The position numbers were made by a program, and so were the translations under genes. From an uncultured Bdellovibrionales bacterium (GTDB taxonomy: Bacteria > Patescibacteriota > Minisyncoccia > Moranbacterales > UBA1568), in NCBI GenBank assembly GCA_964451495.1, contig CAYVHS010000002.1, positions 5,932-69,931 on the forward strand: DNA of 64,000 nucleotides. Direction: 5' to 3'. The notes beneath the pieces are model-generated. The model was not told where the DNA came from and made no database searches. It was given only the letters and a program-made list of their open reading frames with translations. This document shows, piece by piece, positions 52,171 through 61,582 of this stretch (positions within the stretch are counted from its first letter, which is position 1; every line of letters begins with the position of its first letter).

Positions 52171-52938
52171 TTATTTTCTCGGTGGTAACGGGAAAAACAT
52201 ACTGACCCTTCTTTGATATTCTGCAAATTGAGGATTTTCTGCCATCTTCTTTTCTAGGAGCGGGACTCCAGATACTTTCAAAATGAGAAAAGTTATCGTT
52301 AACGGGCCGATAATCCCATACAGACCATTGGGCACAGACAAAGCGACCAGAGAAAGCCCCCACCACTGCGTGACCTCTCCGAAATAATTGGGGTGGCGAC
52401 TATAGGCCCACAGTCCGCTTTGCATCAACTTTCCTTTGTTCTGTGGGTTTGCCATAAACCGTGCCAGTTGGGCATCTCCCACTGCTTCGAAATAAAACCC
52501 ACAGAGCCACACCATGATGCCGATTGCGTCACCGATACCCAGTACTATCCCCCGACTCGCATTAATCACCACCACCGGTAGCACCACGAGATAGAGCAGT
52601 GCCCCCTGGAGCAGATACACCTGTACATAGGAACGAGGATAAAACCACGCGCCCCACTCCTTACGCCACGCCAAATACCGATAATCCTCCGTCCTGCCCT
52701 TATTACGAGCATGGATATGCGCTGCCAAGCGCATGCCCCAGATACTCACCAGGATACAAACGACTAAGCCTCGCGTACCAGCATCCCCCCACAAGAAAAA
52801 GGATGTCCATGCCATCAGAACAAATCCGAGTCCCCACGCCACATCGGCCACATCATTTCTCTTTTTCATCCAAGAAACCACGAACCACAGACTCATGTAT
52901 ACAAACAATACCGCACCAAGGGTGACGTAATGATTCAT
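52171..52938 (-). CDS. DUF1295 / steroid-5-alpha-reductase–ICMT-like membrane protein
   Basis: C-terminal LWAYSRHPNYFGE motif; about 6 TM helices. Confidence 0.7.
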   Translation of the reverse strand: MNHYVTLGAVLFVYMSLWFVVSWMKKRNDVADVAWGLGFVLMAWTSFFLWGDAGTRGLVVCILVSIWGMRLAAHIHARNKGRTEDYRYLAWRKEWGAWFYPRSYVQVYLLQGALLYLVVLPVVVINASRGIVLGIGDAIGIMVWLCGFYFEAVGDAQLARFMANPQNKGKLMQSGLWAYSRHPNYFGEVTQWWGLSLVALSVPNGLYGIIGPLTITFLILKVSGVPLLEKKMAENPQFAEYQRRVSMFFPLPPRK

Positions 52939-53333
52939 AGACTGATTTTAGTGGCGATGAAGTACGTCACGACCGAAACAGTGGCCCCGAGTATACTCCC
53001 CCATGCCATATCGACCAAGGTGACGAGGATTGGCCAATCCTTAAGCGTCGCCAAATTCGTCAGGTCATACGTGGCATACGTGATAAGCCCAAAGAACGCC
53101 CCGATACCAAGCGCGTACACCCATGAACCTTTTTCCACCGCCGGAGCAATGACGAAAAATACGAGCCCAACAAGAAATAAGAGATAAAACGCAATCGCAG
53201 CGACCCAGCTGATGTCACTCTTCATCAAAGAGCCTATTTGCCCTCGATAGAAATTTTTGGCCACGAGACCCAACCAGATCATATCGATAGCAAAGAAAAC
53301 CGGAAGTGCAATAGCGTACAATTTTATAAACAT
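52935..53333 (-). CDS. DUF2177 family membrane protein (start at MFIKLYAIALP; the ORF extends to 53390)
   Basis: …VAKNFYR…ITYATYDLTNLATLKDWP… is characteristic of DUF2177. Confidence 0.6.
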   Translation of the reverse strand: MFIKLYAIALPVFFAIDMIWLGLVAKNFYRGQIGSLMKSDISWVAAIAFYLLFLVGLVFFVIAPAVEKGSWVYALGIGAFFGLITYATYDLTNLATLKDWPILVTLVDMAWGSILGATVSVVTYFIATKISL

Positions 53334-53404
53334 ACAAATTTTGATTACATAATTCACATACCATCCTGCTTCAATAGAATACCACGACATGCTATCCTTA
53401 GCAT

Positions 53405-53974
53405 ATGCTGAACAAAAAACTCTTAATCAATACACTGTGTGAATTTGGACCCATCATTGGCTTTCTGGTTGCTTTTGAGCTGAGAGACTTCATGACCGGA
53501 GTAATCGTCATGATGATAGCAACACTTCTCTCATTGGCTATCTTACGGCATCTAGAGGGGCATACACCCATTTTTGCACTTCTTTCGTCTAGCTCAGTGC
53601 TCTTTTTCGGTGGTATTTCACTCTTTATCCACATTCCGAGTATATTCATTCTGAGAGACACGCTATTTGATGGTATTTTCGGATTAGCCCTCATCATTTC
53701 TGTCTGGATCGGGAAACCACTCTTTAAATACATATTTAGTGGAGTATTCGCCATTACCGATACCGGCTGGAGTACTCTCAGTCTACGCTGGGGTATTTTC
53801 TTCATTATCCTCGCCCTCATCAATGAATGGGTACGCCTCACACTTTCCCCCGAAGATTGGGTGGTCGCGAAAATCCTGATAATAATCGTCTCGGCAGTAT
53901 TTGGCACCTATCAACTCAAGCTGACTCGCGCAGAGCGACTGCCTCATGCGACCTCTTGGGGCATCGTCACGTAA
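53405..53974 (+). CDS. intracellular septation protein A family (YciB/IspZ-like) membrane protein
   Basis: Aligns with the YciB core (…ISLFIHIPSIFILRDTLFDGIFGLALIISVWIGKPL…LSLRWGIFFIILALINEW…). Chosen over the antisense ORF 53398..53907. Confidence 0.65.
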   Translation: MLNKKLLINTLCEFGPIIGFLVAFELRDFMTGVIVMMIATLLSLAILRHLEGHTPIFALLSSSSVLFFGGISLFIHIPSIFILRDTLFDGIFGLALIISVWIGKPLFKYIFSGVFAITDTGWSTLSLRWGIFFIILALINEWVRLTLSPEDWVVAKILIIIVSAVFGTYQLKLTRAERLPHATSWGIVT

Positions 53975-54021
53975 AGCCTCTGTAGAACAGGTAATATCTT
54001 TTCGGGGCGTACCTGAGCAAC

Positions 54022-54432
54022 CTATTGTGTTAAATCTTCGAGAGATTTCAGTGGTTTCAATTCATACAGGTAGTACACCCCTACAACGACCGCAAAAGCG
54101 ATAGCGCAATAAATCATCTCGAGCGCCAAGATATCAGGGTATAGCATTTTTCGCGCAATAATAAGGAGCATGAGCTCCATGACTACGACAATACTATGCA
54201 CCAGGATGAGACGCGCCACTTCAAGCCCTAAAAGAACGAGGAGGACAGTCGTAATAAAATCGTACATAGTGGTGACACTCGACCAGTCTCTCTCTAAAAA
54301 ATCACCCAGCGCCACTACACTGAAATACACAACCCCGCAAAATACCAGTATCGTCAAAACTATCTCGGCCACATGCAAAAGAACATCTTCTCCTCGCACT
54401 ATATTTGCGATGAGTTTTCGTAGAGTTTGCAT
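54022..54432 (-). CDS. psiE: phosphate-starvation-inducible PsiE family membrane protein
   Basis: 136 aa, 4 TM helices, PsiE-like sequence pattern. Confidence 0.6.
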   Translation of the reverse strand: MQTLRKLIANIVRGEDVLLHVAEIVLTILVFCGVVYFSVVALGDFLERDWSSVTTMYDFITTVLLVLLGLEVARLILVHSIVVVMELMLLIIARKMLYPDILALEMIYCAIAFAVVVGVYYLYELKPLKSLEDLTQ

Positions 54433-54438
54433 AGCTGA

Positions 54439-54843
54439 TTATCGATTTAAGTAAGTTATCGTCAGCTGCAAACCAGTGGCAAAAGTACCCCAGAGAAGAT
54501 ACGGGGTATTGGCATAGACCACCCAGCGTAAATCTGGTGACGCATACCAAATAGCGTACAGCGCCCACACGAGAGTACCGACGACCAGGAGAATATCAAT
54601 GGAAGCGAGCAGGTTATTCTTCAGCCCAAATTGTATCGGCGTGAAGGCAAAATTGAAAAGCAGGTTGAGAGCAAATGGCAATGCCACAATCCATGCGATT
54701 CTACCCGTGAATGCCCTATAAAACACGGTACCGAAAGAGACCGCGATAATCATGTACAGCACTGTCCACACCGGACCAAAGAGCCAGCTCGGTGGCGCCC
54801 AGAAGGGTTTGATAAATTCTGTATACTGCGTTGGCTCGTTCAT
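54439..54843 (-). CDS. tspO: TspO/MBR (tryptophan-rich sensory protein) family
   Basis: …WLFGPVWTVLY…, five TM helices; Trp/aromatic-rich. Confidence 0.75.
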   Translation of the reverse strand: MNEPTQYTEFIKPFWAPPSWLFGPVWTVLYMIIAVSFGTVFYRAFTGRIAWIVALPFALNLLFNFAFTPIQFGLKNNLLASIDILLVVGTLVWALYAIWYASPDLRWVVYANTPYLLWGTFATGLQLTITYLNR

Positions 54844-54930
54844 AATAGCTACTCATGTTTTATATACTTAACACCTCTCTGTATTGCCAAACAATATACG
54901 CTTCGAGACCCGACCACATCAAAAGTGAGA

Positions 54931-55305
54931 TTATTTTTTCGTCTGTTCTTCCTTCACTCGGAACCGCACTATTTTCCGAATCAATCCCCAAGGCAGATCC
55001 TTGCCCAGCGGAAACTGAATAGTGCCCTTGGAGGTCCGATAGGCTGATAATTCTTTCTCAAACACTCGAATCCCCGATGCGCCAGGATACAAACCAATAT
55101 GTTTCTGATATGCTGCAAAATGCACCACATTTCGCCCACCTAGACGCAGAGTCGGGATGCCATACCGGATAGCTTCTTCGGCCCCAGGAACCACAGCATG
55201 AATCGTCTGCCTGAGTCTTTCCAGTATCTTTCTCGTCTCTTCTGGAAAGGTATCGATATATTCGTCGATGTCTTTGTAGGTTTTCATACCCTCACTATCA
55301 ATCAA
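54931..55305 (-). CDS. DUF1801 (YdhG-like) domain protein
   Basis: 124 aa (…YKDIDEYIDTFPEETRKILERLRQTIHAVVPGAEEAIRYGIPT…). Confidence 0.65.
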   Translation of the reverse strand: MIDSEGMKTYKDIDEYIDTFPEETRKILERLRQTIHAVVPGAEEAIRYGIPTLRLGGRNVVHFAAYQKHIGLYPGASGIRVFEKELSAYRTSKGTIQFPLGKDLPWGLIRKIVRFRVKEEQTKK

Positions 55306-55327
55306 AAGTCTCCAGCGTGCCCTCTCT

Positions 55328-55789
55328 TTATTGAGTCAATAATGCTGCTATATCAATTTTCTTCATATTGAGTAACTTGCTCCATGCCCCTGGCGTTTTC
55401 ATTATCTCTTCGATATTTTCAGGATTGATCTGCCACGACAAGCCATATTTATCTTTGCACCAGCCACACACGCTTTCAGCACCTCCATCTATCGTCAGCT
55501 TTTCCCAATAGTAATCAATCTCCGATTGATCTTTGCAAGCAATATTAAACGACACAGCCTCATTAAACGTAAATTCATTCCCAGCATTAATAGCCACAAA
55601 TTCCTGACCCATCAGCTCAAAGGAGATGGCAAGTACTTTACCAGCAAACGGCTCTTGAAAATCGAGCAATCCTTCTGTTGGATAATATGAGGTGGTAATA
55701 ATTTTTCCGTCCCTAAAAACAGATAGATAAAAATTAACCGCTTCTTCCGCGTTCCCTTTAAACCACAAATTTGGTGTTATTTTTTGCAT
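55328..55789 (-). CDS. VOC/glyoxalase-fold protein (PhnB-like)
   Basis: MQKITPNLWFKGNAEEAVNFY… is the typical start of the PhnB/3-demethylubiquinone-methyltransferase-like VOC family. Confidence 0.7.
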   Translation of the reverse strand: MQKITPNLWFKGNAEEAVNFYLSVFRDGKIITTSYYPTEGLLDFQEPFAGKVLAISFELMGQEFVAINAGNEFTFNEAVSFNIACKDQSEIDYYWEKLTIDGGAESVCGWCKDKYGLSWQINPENIEEIMKTPGAWSKLLNMKKIDIAALLTQ

Positions 55790-55842
55790 AGGTAGATGAT
55801 GAATGAACTAATAAATCGAACGTCACAATAGTTTCTATCCTC

Positions 55843-55920
55843 ACTATAAACCAAAAATCCCCCAGATACAATCTGGAGGATTTTTCACTGCGGAGTACCT
55901 GGAACGAAGTTAGAGCTTAC
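55843..55920. repeat. att-like repeat B: degenerate copy of the tRNA-Ser 3' end plus its downstream terminator hairpin
   Basis: ACTATAAACCAAAAATCCCCCAGATACAATCTGGAGGATTTTTCAC+TGCGGAGTACCTGGAACGAAGTTAGAGCTTAC. It aligns with 63021..63100 (copy A) and, for the second half, with 57533..57577 (copy C). Confidence 0.6.
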
Positions 55921-56481
55921 TTATATTTTTATCTTGCTCAATTGAAGTAATTTTGTTGTGGTATTCCAATTACGGATGGTCATAGATTTATAAAGAGGCG
56001 AAGTCATAATTTTATTTAATCTACTTTTGGTACGTTCGGAACTAAGACGCTGAGAATAAATCACTCCATCGCCTTGCCAGACTTTGTCGACCCCATCTTT
56101 AGGGCTAAATTCAGACATTGCCATGCTCGAACTAATACCCATCAGAAAAATAACATCGCTGTGGTATTTTTCTGGATGCATACCAAAACCTTTTGGCTTA
56201 TTACCAATAACTGCTTTGAGTTGATCATGAGTCAATACTAAAACTTTAATAACTTCACTATCAAGTTTGAAATCCTTAGGAAGAATCTTTTCAATCCGTT
56301 CTCTTATTTTATCAGGACTCATAGTAGACTTCACAATCACATTGCCACTAGCAATATATGTTGAAACATCGGAAAACCCATGCTTTTCCAAGCATTTCCT
56401 TAATTCGGTCATCGGGACTTTGTTTTTTCCACCAACATTTATTCCACGCAATAATATGACAAAAGTTTCCATAATTTTCAT
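55921..56481 (-). CDS. DUF1697 family protein
   Basis: VILLRGINVGGKNKVPM… is the DUF1697 signature N-terminus. Confidence 0.75.
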   Translation of the reverse strand: MKIMETFVILLRGINVGGKNKVPMTELRKCLEKHGFSDVSTYIASGNVIVKSTMSPDKIRERIEKILPKDFKLDSEVIKVLVLTHDQLKAVIGNKPKGFGMHPEKYHSDVIFLMGISSSMAMSEFSPKDGVDKVWQGDGVIYSQRLSSERTKSRLNKIMTSPLYKSMTIRNWNTTTKLLQLSKIKI

Positions 56482-56662
56482 TATACCTTACTAAGAATCG
56501 TTAGCGGGCTACCTCGGTCTAGAACCCATAATTTATCAATCCGTTGGGGAATGTCTCAGGAGTTCAGAGCGCAAGAGGAATTGAGGTGTCTCAATCGTAA
56601 TCTTAAAAAAGGATAGTGAGACAATTGATCAGCGAAACGGGCACCGTCTTATTTTTAAGCTA

Positions 56663-57466
56663 CTACTGATGAATGGGCACGAGTTTGAGGCGCCGGTTCC
56701 CTCCATCCGCTAGAAAAAGAGTTTGCAATATAGCATGTACATCCTTTATTGCCTGTCCCGAGCAGGCCTCAGTCTTGAGTTTAAAAATTCGCTGGCCAGT
56801 AAAGAAAACTGTATTTTCGACTTCGCAAGAAGCATTGGTATAGTAACGAACCGCGGAATACCAATTCACTTTTGTGTTCTGAACTCCAGCTTGAGTGATG
56901 TTCACACCTTCTCGTGCTTCCACCCACGCAGTAAGATTTGTTACCTCTTGAGCTTGTGGGATAATTTCCATGGTAATTGTTGAAGTTATGGCAGATGTCT
57001 CTTTTTCAGTCAGTACCAGCGTGGCATTGTTTCGATCAAAAATACTTTCCTTGAGATTGTAAGCTTTGGGATAACTGAAATCAAGATCCAGGAGCTGGTT
57101 CTCATACTTTTCACCAAATTGACTTAAACCCTGGCTGCGATCTGTAGGCAGGATTGGGTGTTCTTCGAGAGCGAAAAATGGAGGATGAAAGACAAGACTG
57201 TAGAGAAAGAATCCCGCAAGATTCACAGTTAAAAATCCAAAGAGGATGATATAACCCTTCCGGATTTTTCTGATAACCAGATTTCCAGAAGGAGCTTTGA
57301 TTAATAGAGCTAAGAGGCTCAAAAGAAGAGTACCGCCAAGGAGAAGGACGAGGCACCAGGAGAGAAAACGAAAGGTTATATCATAGATGCTGACAGAGGG
57401 AAGCGTAGCCTGAACAGAAAATGGAACAAGCAGCAAAAAAATTACGAAAATTAGTATTCTCCTCAT
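56663..57466 (-). CDS. hypothetical membrane protein (signal peptide plus 2–3 TM helices, extracytoplasmic C-terminal domain)
   Basis: 267 aa; no family recognised; AT-rich. Confidence 0.4.
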   Translation of the reverse strand: MRRILIFVIFLLLVPFSVQATLPSVSIYDITFRFLSWCLVLLLGGTLLLSLLALLIKAPSGNLVIRKIRKGYIILFGFLTVNLAGFFLYSLVFHPPFFALEEHPILPTDRSQGLSQFGEKYENQLLDLDFSYPKAYNLKESIFDRNNATLVLTEKETSAITSTITMEIIPQAQEVTNLTAWVEAREGVNITQAGVQNTKVNWYSAVRYYTNASCEVENTVFFTGQRIFKLKTEACSGQAIKDVHAILQTLFLADGGNRRLKLVPIHQ

Positions 57467-57532
57467 ATTTGTAATTTAACACAAAAAACCACAAAGTTTA
57501 ACACCTTTTTAAGGTCTCAGGTCATCCTCGAT

Positions 57533-57577
57533 ACTATGAGCTTAATGCGGAGAGCCTGGGACGAAGTTAGAACTTAT
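57533..57577. repeat. att-like repeat C (tRNA-3'-end-like fragment without hairpin)
   Basis: ACTATGAGCTTAATGCGGAGAGCCTGGGACGAAGTTAGAACTTAT. Its core differs at only 3 positions from the corresponding part of repeat B. Confidence 0.5.
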
Positions 57578-57734
57578 ATGGTAAGCCTAGTATAGCCCAT
57601 TCGTGATTCAAACCCTACTTATCTCTAGTCCCGATTTAGCTTGTTCCAAACCAAGAAATATGGATTGCGTTAGAGCGAAAGCAAATCTATGTATACTTGT
57701 CCCGCCCACCCAGTGTGTGCACAAGCGGACCCCC

Positions 57735-58823
57735 CTATATTTTTTTTCCTACATATCTTTCAATTCCATCAATCTTCAAATCCTCATCACAGACAATCCC
57801 AACACTATAACTCGCTCTTGTTATTGCGACATAAAATTTTGATCGACTTGTAGGTGCCAGCTCTGAGTTATTATTTTTTATCCATGAAATAAATTGCGGT
57901 GTCGGGTACATAAGAGTTCTTTCAAATTCTAGTCCTTTTGATAAACCAAATGTTAAAACTCTATAATTCTCGTTGATTACCGTCCTTGAATCCCAACGCA
58001 ATTGTATCGGTTTATATTCAGAAAGATAATTTGCAATATCTTGTGTATTTACAAAAAACACTCCGTCATGTCCCGTGCTGTTTGTATTCCCAGAGGTTGT
58101 TTTTTTCAAATCTGGGTACAGTTTATTTGATAAATCGCAGATAGGTGAACAACTACGATAATTAGTTGTTAGGGAATTATCATCCTTTTCAATCGTGATT
58201 GAGGCATCCTCAAAAAAATTGATGATTTTTGTTTTCTTAAATTTTTTATTTTTTGATGAATTATTTGTTGAATATGTACCTTGTCGCGGATCGCCAACTA
58301 ACAAAATATTTGTTTTGCAATCAAAAAGAAGTTTTAAAAAATCTAGATCATACCCTGCCAAATCCTGTATTTCATCTATGAATATATCCGTGTAAATTCT
58401 TGATAGCCTATCAACCACAGAACCATTGCTTTGTTCGTTACATTTAACAACAAATTTTGAAAGTTTATCAGAGTAGATTTTTTGATTTTTTGTAAAATAA
58501 TGATTCTGTGTATCTATTTCTGCTACACCTTTTGCAGATATCCCATTGATTAGAACTAAACCATTTATATCATCATTAAATTTACACCCCTGAAATGGTC
58601 GCGCGCCATGCTGTAATAAAAAAGAAAACCATGTTTGAATAGTTACATTTTCTGGAACACATCTATTGATTTTTATAAACTTCCTTCTAATTTCTTCCTC
58701 GTTTGCCTGTGTGTATGTAGTAATAAGTATTCTCCCATTTTTCTTCTTTAACGCCTCATTTACAAGAAAAGTGGTTTTTCCCGATCCTGCGGCGGCGATG
58801 ATCAATTTATTATTACCGCACAT
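57735..58823 (-). CDS. compact UvrD/PcrA-like SF1 helicase (GajB-like partner of OLD-family nuclease)
   Basis: Walker A AAGSGKTT, DEIQD (motif II), GDPRQ (III), YRS (IV), YVAITRA (VI). The start codon is 1 nt after the GajA-like stop (TAAtATG). Confidence 0.7.
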   Translation of the reverse strand: MCGNNKLIIAAAGSGKTTFLVNEALKKKNGRILITTYTQANEEEIRRKFIKINRCVPENVTIQTWFSFLLQHGARPFQGCKFNDDINGLVLINGISAKGVAEIDTQNHYFTKNQKIYSDKLSKFVVKCNEQSNGSVVDRLSRIYTDIFIDEIQDLAGYDLDFLKLLFDCKTNILLVGDPRQGTYSTNNSSKNKKFKKTKIINFFEDASITIEKDDNSLTTNYRSCSPICDLSNKLYPDLKKTTSGNTNSTGHDGVFFVNTQDIANYLSEYKPIQLRWDSRTVINENYRVLTFGLSKGLEFERTLMYPTPQFISWIKNNNSELAPTSRSKFYVAITRASYSVGIVCDEDLKIDGIERYVGKKI

Positions 58824-58824
58824 A

Positions 58825-60474
58825 TTATTTTATGGCATCCAAAATATATTGCGGAAAGTTAACTGTTTCTGCTGTATCAAAAATTTTCAATGCACAATCT
58901 GTTTTATTTACTTTCATGTATTTATGCAAATCGTCTACGTTGGTGTAAGTTGTACCGAAGATTTTATTGAAAGATTCAAGACTGTTCATTTTTAATAACT
59001 TTGGTTCAAGCGTATTGTAGTTAAATTTTTTCCCGTCAACCTCAAGAGTCCCCGTATCAACAGTCTCGTCAAAGCAAATTTTTATAAAATCCTTGGCATT
59101 TTCTCCTAAATAATCATCATACTTACTCTTTACAGCTTCGGGGCTCCCATCATTGTCAGTTGCTACAATAAGGGGCTTCTTGATTTTCTTGGCAATCTCT
59201 AAAAATCTTAAAAATGATGTTCCAACCGAAATAACATCTACACCATTTTCAATCGGCAATTTGTCACTGTTATTCACCATAAATGCTTTTTGGATAATTA
59301 GTTCATCCGAATCGCCCTCAACTAAAATTGCTTTCTGGCAAAGAATAAGGCGCAAAGTGTCATATCCTGGTAATCTTTCAAAAAAACTTCTAGTACCCTC
59401 TTGTAAGTCATCGAGCTTTACTGTTTCGTTATTGTTTAGCAAGATTAAACTTTTCAATCCAAGTTTATTTGCGACAAAACTACTATGTGTAGAAATAATT
59501 ATCTGCTTGTTATTATCTTCGCTCTTTATCCCATGAATGAGTTGATTGAGTTTTGTGTGCGATAGATGATTTTCTGGTTCTTCAAGAAGTAGAATATTAG
59601 CCTCTCGAGATTTACTATGACTCAAAGCTAAATTTGTTTTTACGATACACTGTTCTCCTTTTCCTATGTGATGAAAAGGGACATTGTCAAAATAAGTCAT
59701 TAAGCTGCTTTCCCACGCATTTTTTGATGATAGATCAACGGACAACTTAACATCCTTATTTGAAATTTTTGTTGCAGTTTTTATTTTAGAATTTATATTC
59801 TGTATTGCTTTATCATCCATGAAAAAATCTCTCATCTTTCTATGAGCCTGCGAAATACTAACAACATCTTCTGGTTCTAAAAAGTCTTTAACGATCCTTG
59901 AAATATAAATATCGGATCCGTTTTGATAACGATTACTTGAAGAATCAATCAGGGCAGATTTGATTGGGATACTTCGTGCGGTAATATTCTCGCGTGCACA
60001 AGAAGCCCAAAATACATCATAATATTCAATGGGAATAGTTTTAATATTTCCGCCTTTTATAAATTCTTCATATTCTCCTTGATATTTTTCATCAAAGGCA
60101 ATCTTTAAGGATATTCCGCATTCTTTTTTGCCATCGCTATTACTGTCGCCTTCAAATTTTGCCAAGTCATCACCGACTACAAAAATCTCAATCAAAATAT
60201 GTGGCAATGTAGCAGGTTCGCCTTTATCTAACTTTTCGACATATTCAGCAACAATCTCGTTGTTAAATAAATATTGCGTTAATTCATTTTTTAAGTACCG
60301 ACCATTGAACAAACCCGACAAAACCAGATGTATTGATTCAAGTATCGTAGATTTTCCCGCTTCGTTATTGCCAACCAAAATATTAAGCCCCTCATTTAAT
60401 TTCAGGTTAAACTTGCCCTTAAAGCATTTAAAATTTTCAATATTTATTTCCTTGATATACATTTTGCTTGCCAT
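58825..60474 (-). CDS. OLD-family ATP-dependent endonuclease (ABC-type ATPase + TOPRIM), GajA-like
   Basis: Walker A GNNEAGKST; ABC signature/Walker B (ILLLEEPENHL…STHS); C-terminal TOPRIM with ILVEGDSDE and VATDNDG. Confidence 0.75.
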   Translation of the reverse strand: MASKMYIKEINIENFKCFKGKFNLKLNEGLNILVGNNEAGKSTILESIHLVLSGLFNGRYLKNELTQYLFNNEIVAEYVEKLDKGEPATLPHILIEIFVVGDDLAKFEGDSNSDGKKECGISLKIAFDEKYQGEYEEFIKGGNIKTIPIEYYDVFWASCARENITARSIPIKSALIDSSSNRYQNGSDIYISRIVKDFLEPEDVVSISQAHRKMRDFFMDDKAIQNINSKIKTATKISNKDVKLSVDLSSKNAWESSLMTYFDNVPFHHIGKGEQCIVKTNLALSHSKSREANILLLEEPENHLSHTKLNQLIHGIKSEDNNKQIIISTHSSFVANKLGLKSLILLNNNETVKLDDLQEGTRSFFERLPGYDTLRLILCQKAILVEGDSDELIIQKAFMVNNSDKLPIENGVDVISVGTSFLRFLEIAKKIKKPLIVATDNDGSPEAVKSKYDDYLGENAKDFIKICFDETVDTGTLEVDGKKFNYNTLEPKLLKMNSLESFNKIFGTTYTNVDDLHKYMKVNKTDCALKIFDTAETVNFPQYILDAIK

Positions 60475-60477
60475 ATT

Positions 60478-61581
60478 TTATTTCCCAGACTTAGTCCGGT
60501 TATCTTGTTTGCAAAGCATTTGGCAGTTGTCCGCAATTGTCTTGCCGCCTTCATGCCAAGGGGTGATGTGATCGGCTTCCATTTCTTCTATTGCAAAACG
60601 CTCTCCGCATTTTGTGCAGATTCCTTTCTGTCTTTCGTACGCCTCGCGCTTCATCTTTTCATTGAAAGCGCGTATTGAGAGATGCCTTTCTTGTCCTGTG
60701 AGCAAAAATGGATAGATGCCGGATTTCTTCGTTACATCATCATCCTGCATCAACTTCGAAACTTCGGCTTCTAGCTTCTTAGCGTCTAGTTTTTTGTCTT
60801 TGAATTGATTATATAGTTCGCCCCAATTCACATTCGCCATTTCTTTGCGGTGATCAGGAAACGCGTTGCGCACCCACACTATAACATTTTGGAAATACTC
60901 CCACAATTCGTTAGCATTTTTGTCGTGCTGATGCTTCGCCATGTAGTCTGCCACTTCGCCGTTATTTATCCATGAAAGCGCAGTTTCCAAGTATTCTTGC
61001 CGGATCGGCGAGCCGGTGAGCAATGCGCCGCCATCATTTGCCAAAAGGTATGCAGCGCAATTTGATTTACTGAATTTAAGTTTCGCGTCTGAAAGCCATG
61101 GTCCGGTATAAACGGCATTACGCAATTCTTGATCCGTTAGTTTTTCACCTGCGATGTTGATAATCTTAAACCAGTCCAGCTTTTCCTTGTCTGTTCCTTC
61201 GCAGAAATAAACCATCAGCTCATAATCGAGGATCTTATCCTGTTCTTCTTTGGTAAGATTATGAAACATTGCCAGACGACCATTGAAATCTACTGAAAAG
61301 TCACCATTTACATACTGGCCAATACTAATCGTTCTTTGTTGTCCATCGAGTACCTCGAAATTATCTTGGTCTGTTTTTACCCAGTACATCACGTTAAGCG
61401 GGAAACTTTTCTTCACCGTATCAATAACCGCATCACGCTGCTTTTCCTTGTAGACGAATTCGCGCTGATACTTCGGACGAACATCAAGCCTGCCTCCATA
61501 AGCCACAACGCCTTCTTCAGCACTGTCTTTGTAGCCGTCTATCACTTCGCGTACTTTGATTTTATGCAGGTCGATTTTCAT
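60478..61581 (-). CDS. DUF262 (ParB-like nuclease/NTPase domain) + C-terminal HNH endonuclease, GmrSD/BrxU-like type IV restriction-type protein
   Basis: DUF262 DGQQR motif (VLDGQQRTISI). C-terminal HNH (CTKCGER…EADHITPWHEGGKTIADNCQMLCKQDN). Confidence 0.7.
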   Translation of the reverse strand: MKIDLHKIKVREVIDGYKDSAEEGVVAYGGRLDVRPKYQREFVYKEKQRDAVIDTVKKSFPLNVMYWVKTDQDNFEVLDGQQRTISIGQYVNGDFSVDFNGRLAMFHNLTKEEQDKILDYELMVYFCEGTDKEKLDWFKIINIAGEKLTDQELRNAVYTGPWLSDAKLKFSKSNCAAYLLANDGGALLTGSPIRQEYLETALSWINNGEVADYMAKHQHDKNANELWEYFQNVIVWVRNAFPDHRKEMANVNWGELYNQFKDKKLDAKKLEAEVSKLMQDDDVTKKSGIYPFLLTGQERHLSIRAFNEKMKREAYERQKGICTKCGERFAIEEMEADHITPWHEGGKTIADNCQMLCKQDNRTKSGK

Positions 61582-61582
61582 A

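Noticed and set aside
53398-53907. 169-aa minus-strand ORF antisense to the YciB-like gene
   Set aside because: The plus-strand frame aligns convincingly with the YciB/IspZ family. The antisense ORF has no family features.
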